From NCBI GenBank assembly GCA_963614595.1, contig CAVECL010000004.1:2268-66267 (forward strand): a stretch of DNA of 64,000 bases, in the 5' to 3' direction. The position numbers were made by a program, and so were the translations under genes. The notes below the pieces were generated by a model. It was not told the DNA's origin. It made no database searches and saw nothing but the letters and a program-made list of their open reading frames with translations. This DNA comes from Parasutterella excrementihominis (GTDB taxonomy: Bacteria > Bacillota_I > Bacilli_A > RFN20 > CAG-826). Positions 18,600 through 27,171 of the stretch are shown here, in pieces (position 1 is the first letter of the stretch; each line of letters opens with the position of its first letter).

Positions 18600-21500
18600 A
18601 TGGTCAAATATTCTTTTCGCGGTTCACGTTTCATCGTCGAGGATTTCACCTCGGCCAAGACTTTTGCAAGCTTCCTCCCGGCGGTAGCGGGGGAAGACGG
18701 CAAGCCCCTTTGGGCATTCTACGCCAACGTCGGCCAATGCATGGGCGGTTTCGGGGTGAACAGCAAAGAGACCCCGATCACTCCTTTTGACTCGGCGAAT
18801 CTCGCTTATAGCAACATTCCCGTTAAGGGCTTCCGGACTTTCTTGAAAATCAACGGGGAAGTCTATATGCCTTTCTTCGCGAAGAAAGACGCGGCAAAAA
18901 GAGTCATGGACATTGGCCAAAGCGATTTTTCAATCTCAGAAGACAATGGGATCTACCGGATGGAAGTGACCTATTCTTCCTTGAGCCATCATCCTTACGC
19001 GGCTCTTCTAAGAGAGGTCTCCTTCACGAATGTCAGCAATGAAGAATACGACATCAGCCTCGTCGATGGCACTCCTGTTTTTTTCCCGCTTGGGCTATCG
19101 AATTTCTGCTATAAAGAGCTCGTCTCTTTGATGGCGGCTTATTGTGAGGTTCTCGAGTTGGAGGAGAACTCCCCCTTTGTGCGCTTCAAAACCTCAACGG
19201 GCGATAATTCGGTCGTCACCGCAGCGATTAACGGGAACGCTTTCGTCTCCGTGGACGAAAACGGCAGGAGGCTAACCTCCATCGTGGATCCCTCCATGGT
19301 GTTCGGGGACGATGCGAGTCTATTGACTGTTGAGCCTTTCTCTCAGGATGAGGAATCCTTTTTGTCCTATCCTCAGCAAAAGGAAAACAAATTGCCATGC
19401 GCTTTCTCTTACGCGAAGAAGACCCTTAAGCCCGGCGAAAGCTACCGTTTCCTCAGCGTTTATGGTTCCTTTGACGATGAGCTTAGCTGGCAAAAAGCCT
19501 TGGACGAGATCAGCCTTCGCTGGGGCGAGAAGCAAATCAAAGAGACCTCGAAGCTCATCGAGAGCCTGCTTTCTCCCTGCGACGTCCATACGGCTTATCC
19601 CCTTTTCGATTTGACCTGCAAGCAGAGCTATTTGGATAACAACCTCCGCGGAGGGTTCCCCGTGCTGCTTAACGATGGGAAAGCGGGGCAGCCTTACTAC
19701 CTTTACGGCCGCAAGCATGGCGACATGGAAAGAGATTACAACTCTTTCGTCATGCCTAGCCGCTACTATTCTAGCGGCCCCGGCAATTTCCGCGACGTGA
19801 ATCAAAACAGAAGGAGCGACCTTTATTTCTCTCCTTTTGTCAAAGATTACAACATCAGGCTTTTCTTCTCGCTCATCCAGGCCGATGGGCAGAACCCTCT
19901 CAACGTTCAAAGCGAGGCCTTCGTCCTCGATGACGGGGCGGACCTTTCTTTCTTAGGCAAGATAGAAGGCAGGGACGAGTTGATCTCCCTTTTGAAGCAT
20001 TTCAGGCCCTTTGAACTGTATACCTATCTCCGCGATTCCTTGAAGTTGGAGAAAAATGAGGCGGATGCTTTGTTCAGCCAATGCCTAGGGGTCTGCCACC
20101 AAGTCGTCGAGGGAAACTTCGGCGAAGGCTATTGGGTGGACCATTGGACTTACAACGTCGATCTTCTCGAATCCTATTCCTCCGTCTATCCCGATAAAGA
20201 GGAAGAGCTTTTCTTCGGTTCGGATTATCCCTATTTCTATTCCCCTGTTTATGTTGAGCCCCGCGAGGAAAAATACTGCCTCAATAACGAAGGCAAGCCG
20301 AGACAATACGGGGCCATTGACCTCAATGCGAGCAAGAAATGGTGCGAAGCCCATCGTTTCGATTTCAATCAAACCGCTTATCTGAAAGACGAAAAAGGGA
20401 AGATCGTCAAGACGAACCTCGCAGGCAAGATCATCAATCTCATCCTTGTCAAATTCTCGACGCTGGATTCCTGTCAATTGGGCATTGAGATGGAATGCGA
20501 GAAGCCAGGGTGGAACGATGCGATGAATGGCTTGCCGGGCTTGTTCGCCTCCGGGCTGAGCGAGACGGTAGAGCTTCTGCGCCTCGTCAATTATGCGAGA
20601 AAGCACCTATCCCCTTTCGAAAACGCATGCATGCCCTTCATGAATGAGCAATTCATCTTCTTGAAAGGCATTGAGGACAACGTGAATGCCTTCCTTTCCT
20701 CCAAACTCCCTTCCTTTGAATTTTGGGACAGGGAGAGCTCGCTGCGCGAAGCCCTTCGAAGCAATTTGAAGGAATGCTCCAGCGGGGAGATGAAGGAAGT
20801 CAAGATAGCTTCCATTCTCCCTCTTCTTCGCCAAATTGCGTCGATTCTAGAAAAAGGCATCGACAAAGCAAAGGAAATCGGCGGGGGCATCTTGCCCAGC
20901 TATCTTCTTTATGAGCCTACCTCCTTCACGAAGACCGGCAAGAAGAACCATATGGGCTTAGAGACCATCAAAGTCGGCGGATTCAAGCTCGTCACGATCC
21001 CCGTTTTCCTTGAAGCTTCCGCTCGCGCTTTCAAACTCGGCAAAGAGGCGATGAGCGAGAAGGACTACGCCTCCATCAAATCCAGCGGCGTCTATGACGC
21101 GAGGCTTCATTTCTACAAGACCTGCGCGCCGATAGATGATGCCCCCTTTGAAATCGGGCGCGTTCATGCCTTCACCAAAGGCTGGCTCGAAAGAGAATGC
21201 AACTTCCTTCACATGGACTACAAGTACCTCCTTGGGCTCCTTAAGGGAGGGTTCTATGAGCAGTTCTATTCCGAGCTTCCCACGAACCTTGTTTGTTTCA
21301 TGGATCCCTATGTCTACGGCAGAAACCCCGCAGAAGCCAGCTCTTTCATCGTTCCTAGCTGCAATCCGAACAGGTCGCTATGGGGACGAGGGTTCTTCGC
21401 TCGTCTCACCGGAGCGAACGCCGAGTTCCTCAATATGCTCTGCATACTCTTCCTTGGAGAAGACCTATTCAAGATCAAAGAAGGCGAGTTAGCCTTCGCC

Positions 21501-21737
21501 CTTTCTCCAAAGCTAAGCGCCTCTTTCTTCGATGAGAAGAACGAAGCCTCCTTCTTGCTTTTTGGGAAAACCGAAATCGTCTACCACAATCCCGAGCGGT
21601 TGGATTGCTACAAAGGGGTGGCGCTTTCCTATTCTTTGGATGGGAAGGAACATATAGGCGAGGTCAAAGGCGAGGATGCCATTTCTATCCGCGAGGGCAG
21701 GGTCAAGCGCATCGACGTGAGGATCGCCCATGAATAA
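18600..21737 (+). CDS. large cytoplasmic GH94-like (clan GH-Q; GH94/GH149/GH161-type) putative beta-glucan phosphorylase
   Basis: 1045 aa with no signal peptide. NFRDVNQNRRSD (nt 19785-19820) and PGWNDAMNGL (nt 20508-20534) resemble the RD..QD and DWND catalytic blocks of GH94 phosphorylases as I recall them. The beta-1,3-glucanase context supports the call. Confidence 0.45.
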   Translation: MVKYSFRGSRFIVEDFTSAKTFASFLPAVAGEDGKPLWAFYANVGQCMGGFGVNSKETPITPFDSANLAYSNIPVKGFRTFLKINGEVYMPFFAKKDAAKRVMDIGQSDFSISEDNGIYRMEVTYSSLSHHPYAALLREVSFTNVSNEEYDISLVDGTPVFFPLGLSNFCYKELVSLMAAYCEVLELEENSPFVRFKTSTGDNSVVTAAINGNAFVSVDENGRRLTSIVDPSMVFGDDASLLTVEPFSQDEESFLSYPQQKENKLPCAFSYAKKTLKPGESYRFLSVYGSFDDELSWQKALDEISLRWGEKQIKETSKLIESLLSPCDVHTAYPLFDLTCKQSYLDNNLRGGFPVLLNDGKAGQPYYLYGRKHGDMERDYNSFVMPSRYYSSGPGNFRDVNQNRRSDLYFSPFVKDYNIRLFFSLIQADGQNPLNVQSEAFVLDDGADLSFLGKIEGRDELISLLKHFRPFELYTYLRDSLKLEKNEADALFSQCLGVCHQVVEGNFGEGYWVDHWTYNVDLLESYSSVYPDKEEELFFGSDYPYFYSPVYVEPREEKYCLNNEGKPRQYGAIDLNASKKWCEAHRFDFNQTAYLKDEKGKIVKTNLAGKIINLILVKFSTLDSCQLGIEMECEKPGWNDAMNGLPGLFASGLSETVELLRLVNYARKHLSPFENACMPFMNEQFIFLKGIEDNVNAFLSSKLPSFEFWDRESSLREALRSNLKECSSGEMKEVKIASILPLLRQIASILEKGIDKAKEIGGGILPSYLLYEPTSFTKTGKKNHMGLETIKVGGFKLVTIPVFLEASARAFKLGKEAMSEKDYASIKSSGVYDARLHFYKTCAPIDDAPFEIGRVHAFTKGWLERECNFLHMDYKYLLGLLKGGFYEQFYSELPTNLVCFMDPYVYGRNPAEASSFIVPSCNPNRSLWGRGFFARLTGANAEFLNMLCILFLGEDLFKIKEGELAFALSPKLSASFFDEKNEASFLLFGKTEIVYHNPERLDCYKGVALSYSLDGKEHIGEVKGEDAISIREGRVKRIDVRIAHE

Positions 21738-23394
21738 AAAAGCCTGGCCTCTTGCTTTGGCGCTTCTTTCATTGGCTTCTTGCACCCTTTCTTTCAACGT
21801 TGACCCATCTTCTAAAAATCGTGATGAAACTTCCTGCGACCTTGAGGAAAGCAAAGAAGGGGAAATTTCGTCTGAACGATCAGACGCTTCCTCTTCTGAA
21901 GGAATCATCGATTCCAAAGAGAACGTCCCTTCTTCCTTTAGCGAAGAGTCCTCCCAAGGGAAGAACGTCTTCTATGACGGGGGTTTCTTGGAAGGAGGGG
22001 AGAGCGATTCCTCCGCTAATCCCGGCGCCTGCTACCTTTGGTATGGCTATAACTGCGGGGGAGAGGTGAGCAGCAAAAGCTCAAGCGAAGACGAATACCG
22101 CATCTCCTATAAGGCCTCTTTGAATTGGTGGGCGGTGCAGCTTTTCTATCAAGCTCCCTATGCTGAGGAAGGGGAGGTGCTTACCATTTCCACCTCTTTT
22201 TACAGCGATGTCGAAGGGAAAATCACCGTCAACGGCGAGGCCGTAGCCCTCAAGGCAAATTCTTATACCCCTTATGAGAAAACCATCACGACAAGCGCGA
22301 ATAGCCAAGGGTATCTCTCGACGTTCTCCATTCAGCTTGGCGTGGATGGGATTGGCTTTTTGAAAGGCGGCGTCTTCGCGATGAAAAAGCCCACCATCCG
22401 GAGCGAAGACGCTTATCATACGGTGAGTTTCTTGGACAAAGGAAAGACCTTGAAGAAAATTGAGGTAAAGGAGGGGAAAACGGTTGCGCCTCCTCCTTCT
22501 CCAGAGCCTGATAGCGGCTATAGCTTCTCGGGATGGGAAGATAATGGGGTTATCTATAGCTCCTCTTTGGCGATTACCCGCCCCCATTCTTTTTCTTCGG
22601 TCTATAAGCAGGGCGAAAGCACCATCTCTTCCTATGTTCCTGAAGGCTACTCTCTCGTTTGGAACGATGAGTTCAACGGGGATTCCCTTTCTTCAAGCAA
22701 TTGGTCCTGCCAAGTCGGGAACGGTTATGAATACGGCATCTGGGAATGGGGCAACGCCGAGAAGCAATATTACAAAGAAGAAAACGCGTGCGTCAGCGAT
22801 GGGGCGCTGAGAATCACCGCCAAAAAAGAAACCACGACCTACGGATCCACAACTTATCGTTATTCCTCTGCGCGCTTAAGAAGCTACAACAAAGTCCATT
22901 ATCATTACGGCTATATCGAAGCCCGCATCAAAATGCCTTTGGGCACGGGTGTATGGCCGGCTTTCTGGATGCTTCCCGAATCCACTTACAACGGGAATGG
23001 CTGGCCCCATAGCGGCGAGATCGACATCATGGAATGCAGAGGCAGGCTCAGCAATCAGTCAACCTCCGCGCTTCATTATTCCGCGGACGGCTCAAGCAAC
23101 GACGCCTATCAGACCGGGACGAATTCCTCCTTCGGAAGCATTGATTCTTACCATTGCTACGGATTGCTATGGACGCAGGATTCCATCGCTTTCATGGTAG
23201 ACGGAATGACTCATCTGACCGTGAAAAGCTCAACATGGTTGGGCGGCTATGGTGGAGGCGACCCCTTCTCTCAGGATTTCCACATCCTTTTCAATCTTGC
23301 GATCGGGGGCAAGTTCGATGAGGGAAGAGAGCCCGATTCTTCCTTCTCCAGCGCGGAGATGAGCGTTGATTACGTGAGGTGGTACCAAGCATGA
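21730..23394 (+). CDS. GH16 laminarinase-type lipoprotein with N-terminal CBM-like module and Flg_new repeat
   Basis: Lipobox LSLASC and catalytic GEIDIMECRG (nt 23017-23034). Overlaps the upstream gene by 8 nt. Confidence 0.85.
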   Translation: MNKKAWPLALALLSLASCTLSFNVDPSSKNRDETSCDLEESKEGEISSERSDASSSEGIIDSKENVPSSFSEESSQGKNVFYDGGFLEGGESDSSANPGACYLWYGYNCGGEVSSKSSSEDEYRISYKASLNWWAVQLFYQAPYAEEGEVLTISTSFYSDVEGKITVNGEAVALKANSYTPYEKTITTSANSQGYLSTFSIQLGVDGIGFLKGGVFAMKKPTIRSEDAYHTVSFLDKGKTLKKIEVKEGKTVAPPPSPEPDSGYSFSGWEDNGVIYSSSLAITRPHSFSSVYKQGESTISSYVPEGYSLVWNDEFNGDSLSSSNWSCQVGNGYEYGIWEWGNAEKQYYKEENACVSDGALRITAKKETTTYGSTTYRYSSARLRSYNKVHYHYGYIEARIKMPLGTGVWPAFWMLPESTYNGNGWPHSGEIDIMECRGRLSNQSTSALHYSADGSSNDAYQTGTNSSFGSIDSYHCYGLLWTQDSIAFMVDGMTHLTVKSSTWLGGYGGGDPFSQDFHILFNLAIGGKFDEGREPDSSFSSAEMSVDYVRWYQA

Positions 23395-24218
23395 AAAAAT
23401 ACCTAAATCTGTTTATGATTCCTTTATTGCTAGGCTGCGGCGGAGAAGCAAACGATCCCAAGAAGCTCGATGGCTATGAGCTTGTTTTCGAAGATGATTT
23501 CGAAGGGGATAGCCTCAACACCGATATTTGGACCTATGAGACCGGGAACAACGGCGGATGGGGGAACCAGGAACTTGAGTATTACACCAAGGACAACGCC
23601 TCAGTGAAAGACGGCGTGCTCACCATCACCGCGAAGCGAGAAGAGAAAGAAGGGTATCACTTCACCTCTAGCCGCATTAAAACCGCCGGGAAGGCTTATA
23701 TCACCTATGGGCGAATCGAAGCGAGGATCAAACTGACCGCGGGCAATGCTCTTTGGCCGGCTTTTTGGATGATGCCAGAAAGGAATTCCGGCTGGCCGCA
23801 AGATGGCGAGATCGACATCATGGAGAACAAGGGAAGCGACCCGTACACGACTTCCAGCGCCGTCCATTATCTCAATACGGCAAGGCAGCATGAATATCAA
23901 ACGGGCACCTATTCCTGGAGCAAAAGGAAAAACGAAGGTTCGATTGAAGACTATCATGTCTATGCTCTTGTTTGGGATGAAGAAGGGATGACTTTCTTTG
24001 TTGACGAGCATCAGAAGCTCTATGTCCCAAAAAGGGTTTATCATCCGGAGAATGGGGTTTACGAAGGAGATGGGAACGAACCTTTCAACAAGGATTTCTA
24101 TGTGATTCTCAACTTCGCAATCGGAGGCAATTTCGATTCCGGCCACAGCGAGCCCGACAAGGATTTCGAATCTGCGACGATGGAAGTCGATTACGTGAGG
24201 ATGTACGCTTTCGCCTAA
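23391..24218 (+). CDS. GH16 laminarinase-type lipoprotein (catalytic domain only)
   Basis: Lipobox LLLGCGG and catalytic [10 protein letters not shown] (nt 23808-23825). ATGA overlap with the upstream stop. Confidence 0.85.
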   Translation: MKKYLNLFMIPLLLGCGGEANDPKKLDGYELVFEDDFEGDSLNTDIWTYETGNNGGWGNQELEYYTKDNASVKDGVLTITAKREEKEGYHFTSSRIKTAGKAYITYGRIEARIKLTAGNALWPAFWMMPERNSGWPQDGEIDIMENKGSDPYTTSSAVHYLNTARQHEYQTGTYSWSKRKNEGSIEDYHVYALVWDEEGMTFFVDEHQKLYVPKRVYHPENGVYEGDGNEPFNKDFYVILNFAIGGNFDSGHSEPDKDFESATMEVDYVRMYAFA

Positions 24219-24229
24219 GGAGGCCTCTT

Positions 24230-25786
24230 ATGGACAAAACCGATTACAAAGCGACTTATTTGAAAGAGAAAGAAGAGCGGAAGAGAAGAGACGCCGCCTA
24301 TAAGGCGATGGAGAAGGAAGAAAAGGCCTCCTCCAAACTTTCCCATGTTTATGAGGGGGATAGCTATCTCTCTTGTCAGCATCTCAACAAGATTTATTCC
24401 AATCGCGTCCAAGCGGTCTTTGACTTTGATCTGGAAATCAAAGAGGGCGAGTTCATTGTCCTTGTTGGCCCTTCTGGATGCGGAAAATCAACAACCCTAC
24501 GCATGATCGCAGGACTTGAGGACATCACCGGAGGGGATCTCTATATCGAGGGCAAATACGCGAACCGGCTCGATCCTAAGCAAAGGGGCGTGGCGATGGT
24601 TTTCCAAAGCTATGCGCTTTATCCTCATTTGAGCGTTTATGAGAATATGGCCTTTGGCTTAAGAGGAACCAAAGGACGCTATCCAAACTATATCGTTTCC
24701 GAAGAGAAGCAAGCGGAGATCAAAGCTCGTTACCTTGAAAGCGTCCTTGCTTTGAAGCAGGAGCTTAAGGAAGCTAGGAAAGAAGACAAAGCCGCCCTTC
24801 GTTTAGCCATAAAGCAAAAGAAAAGAGAGAGGGATGAAGAACTCTTCGCCTCCCTGGAAAAAGAAAAAGACCAAGCCGGAAACCTTATCCTGAAGGAAAG
24901 GAAAATCAACTCCTTAGAGATCAACCACGAAGTGATGAAAGCCGCGAAAGCCCTGCAAATCACGCCTTATTTGGACCGAAAGCCAACGGCTCTCTCCGGC
25001 GGACAATGCCAAAGGGTCGCCTTGGGAAGGGCGATGGTTCGCAATGCGAAGATCTTCCTTCTTGATGAGCCGCTTTCGAATCTTGACGCCAAACTGCGCG
25101 TTGCCATGAGAAGCGAGCTCGTCCGTTTGCATGATGAGCTTGGCATGACCATCCTCTATGTCACGCACGATCAGACTGAAGCGATGACGATGGCGGATCG
25201 CATCGTCATCATGAAAGATGGAGTCATTCAGCAAATCGGAACTCCTTTGGACGTTTATCAAAGGCCGGAGAACGTCTTCGTCGCGACTTTCATCGGCTCC
25301 CCGACGATGAACATCAGGAAGGCCAAGGTCAATGGGAAATCCCTTTGCTTAGGCGAGGATTCCTATGAACTCAGCGAAGACGAGCTTAAGGCAATCGAAA
25401 GCTTCTACGAGAAGAAGAAAGAAGATCTAGAGGCGCTTAAATCCGAACGATTGAAGGATGATGATTTGGCGAGGGTTGAAAACGAGCTTAAGCGCGTGGA
25501 TGAGTATTTGAAGACAAAAACCGTAGACGTGCGCTTTGGCGTTAGGCCCGAGGACATTCTCCTCGAAGATGAGGGCGAGCCTTGCTATAAGCCCTTTAAA
25601 GCGAAGTGCGAAGTCGTTGAGCTTCTTGGGGCGGAGTATTACCTCCATTATTCCTTTTTGGATAAAGACATGGTTGCGAAAGTTCCCAATCATGAGCTTA
25701 TCCTCGCTGGGCAAGAGATCGAACTTCGTTATAATAAGGAAGGCATCCATCTTTTCGATGATGCGACTGAGGAGCGGATTTTCTAA
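24230..25786 (+). CDS. MsmK/MalK-type ABC ATPase with charged coiled-coil insertions
   Basis: Walker [10 protein letters not shown], signature LSGGQCQRV, Walker B FLLDEPLS and an H-loop. Compared with the canonical 380-aa paralogue at 55197, it has about 45 extra N-terminal residues and about 85 residues inserted after FGL (nt ~24665-24919). Confidence 0.85.
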   Translation: MDKTDYKATYLKEKEERKRRDAAYKAMEKEEKASSKLSHVYEGDSYLSCQHLNKIYSNRVQAVFDFDLEIKEGEFIVLVGPSGCGKSTTLRMIAGLEDITGGDLYIEGKYANRLDPKQRGVAMVFQSYALYPHLSVYENMAFGLRGTKGRYPNYIVSEEKQAEIKARYLESVLALKQELKEARKEDKAALRLAIKQKKRERDEELFASLEKEKDQAGNLILKERKINSLEINHEVMKAAKALQITPYLDRKPTALSGGQCQRVALGRAMVRNAKIFLLDEPLSNLDAKLRVAMRSELVRLHDELGMTILYVTHDQTEAMTMADRIVIMKDGVIQQIGTPLDVYQRPENVFVATFIGSPTMNIRKAKVNGKSLCLGEDSYELSEDELKAIESFYEKKKEDLEALKSERLKDDDLARVENELKRVDEYLKTKTVDVRFGVRPEDILLEDEGEPCYKPFKAKCEVVELLGAEYYLHYSFLDKDMVAKVPNHELILAGQEIELRYNKEGIHLFDDATEERIF

Positions 25787-25789
25787 GTT

Positions 25790-27049
25790 ATGAAGTTGAT
25801 TGTCAGCAAAGAGAACCATTATCTTGAAGAAAGAGGGGTCTGCGAGCATGCCGGCGCGGTTTCTATCCGCGTGGAGAAGGGGTTATCATCCTTTCCTTTC
25901 CTTGGCTTTGGGGGCGCGTTCACCGAATCTAGCGCCTACGTTTATTCTTCGTTGAGCGAAGCCAACAAGAAAAAAGTCATTGCCTCTTATTTTGGCCAAG
26001 ATGGGCTTGGATATAATCTAGGGCGCGTTTGCATTGGGAGCAGCGACTTCTCTGTCGCGAGTTATTTTTATTCGACGAAAGACGACCTCTCCGATTTCTC
26101 TTTAAAACATGAGGAACGATATCTTTTCCCTTTCTTGCGCGACGCCTATTCAGAGGCAAAGGAAATGAGGCTTCTCGCCTCGCCTTGGTCTCCCTTGGCC
26201 AAATGGAAGAGCAACTTGGATCTTGAGCACGGCGGTTTTCTCAAAAAGGAGTTTTACCCCTCTTTCAGCGAGTATGTCCGTCTTTATTGCGAGAACATGG
26301 GAAAGAGGGGATTCCCCATCTCTTATCTCACCGTTCAGAACGAGACTGAGGCAACTCAGGTTTGGGAGTCTTGCCTATATTCTCCCGAACAGGAGGCTTC
26401 TTTGCTCTCCTTCTTAAAGAAAGATAATCCTGATATTGAGATTTTCGTCCACGACCATAACCGCGATCGCATGGTCGAAAGAAGCAGGGAGATCTTTTCC
26501 GTTAATCCTACGGATGCTTCCGGGATTGCTTTCCATTGGTATGACAGGACCTGCTTTGATGAAGTGAGGGAGGCCGCGAGGAGATTTCCTTCTAAAAGGC
26601 TCATGTTCACCGAAGGCTCCGTGGAAACCTCGGCCTCGGATTTCAAAGGGATCGGATCTTATTCCTCCTTTCTCAGATATCTAGAAAATTATTTGAAGGA
26701 TCTGAATAACGGCTGCACGGCTTTCTTCGATTGGAATCTGATCCTTGACTTGAAAGGCGGGCCGAATCACGTGGGCAATTACTGCGAGGCCTTGCTGATG
26801 GGGGAAGGGGACACCTTGCATTTCCTCCCTTCCTATTATGCCGTCTATCATTTGGCTCATTTTATAAAAAGAGACGCAAAAACCCTTTATTTGACATCGT
26901 CTGATCCCGCTTTGATTTGCGCTGGCGCCATAAATCCAAATGGGGAAAAAGTCTATTCGTTCCTAAACAAAGGGAATCCAACGTATGTTGAGGTTGATGG
27001 GGTTACCTTCTTTTTGGATCATGAAGAAGCGGCGACTCTGACCCTTTGA
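25790..27049 (+). CDS. GH30-family glycosidase (glucosylceramidase/beta-1,6-glucanase type), cytoplasmic
   Basis: GFGGAFTESSAY N-terminal block, acid/base-like TVQNETEA and nucleophile-like MFTEGS. No signal peptide. Confidence 0.75.
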   Translation: MKLIVSKENHYLEERGVCEHAGAVSIRVEKGLSSFPFLGFGGAFTESSAYVYSSLSEANKKKVIASYFGQDGLGYNLGRVCIGSSDFSVASYFYSTKDDLSDFSLKHEERYLFPFLRDAYSEAKEMRLLASPWSPLAKWKSNLDLEHGGFLKKEFYPSFSEYVRLYCENMGKRGFPISYLTVQNETEATQVWESCLYSPEQEASLLSFLKKDNPDIEIFVHDHNRDRMVERSREIFSVNPTDASGIAFHWYDRTCFDEVREAARRFPSKRLMFTEGSVETSASDFKGIGSYSSFLRYLENYLKDLNNGCTAFFDWNLILDLKGGPNHVGNYCEALLMGEGDTLHFLPSYYAVYHLAHFIKRDAKTLYLTSSDPALICAGAINPNGEKVYSFLNKGNPTYVEVDGVTFFLDHEEAATLTL

Positions 27050-27111
27050 TTTCCTCTCGAATTTAAAACCAAGACCTGTATCGCCCCGTGATCTTGCGGA
27101 TGAATATTTCA

Positions 27112-27133
27112 AAAGAGCCAAAAATGGCTCTTT
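27112..27133. terminator. bidirectional intrinsic terminator
   Basis: AAAGAGCCA (27112-27120) / TGGCTCTTT (27125-27133) with an AAAA loop. T-rich tails on both strands. Confidence 0.65.
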
Positions 27134-27135
27134 GT

Positions 27136-27168
27136 CTTTAACTCAGAAAAGGCTTTTCTGAGTTAAAG
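27136..27168. terminator. perfect 16-nt inverted repeat next to the stop of the 843-aa gene
   Basis: CTTTAACTCAGAAAAG (27136-27151), then G, then CTTTTCTGAGTTAAAG (27153-27168). No clear T-tail. Confidence 0.4.
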
Positions 27169-27171
27169 AAT

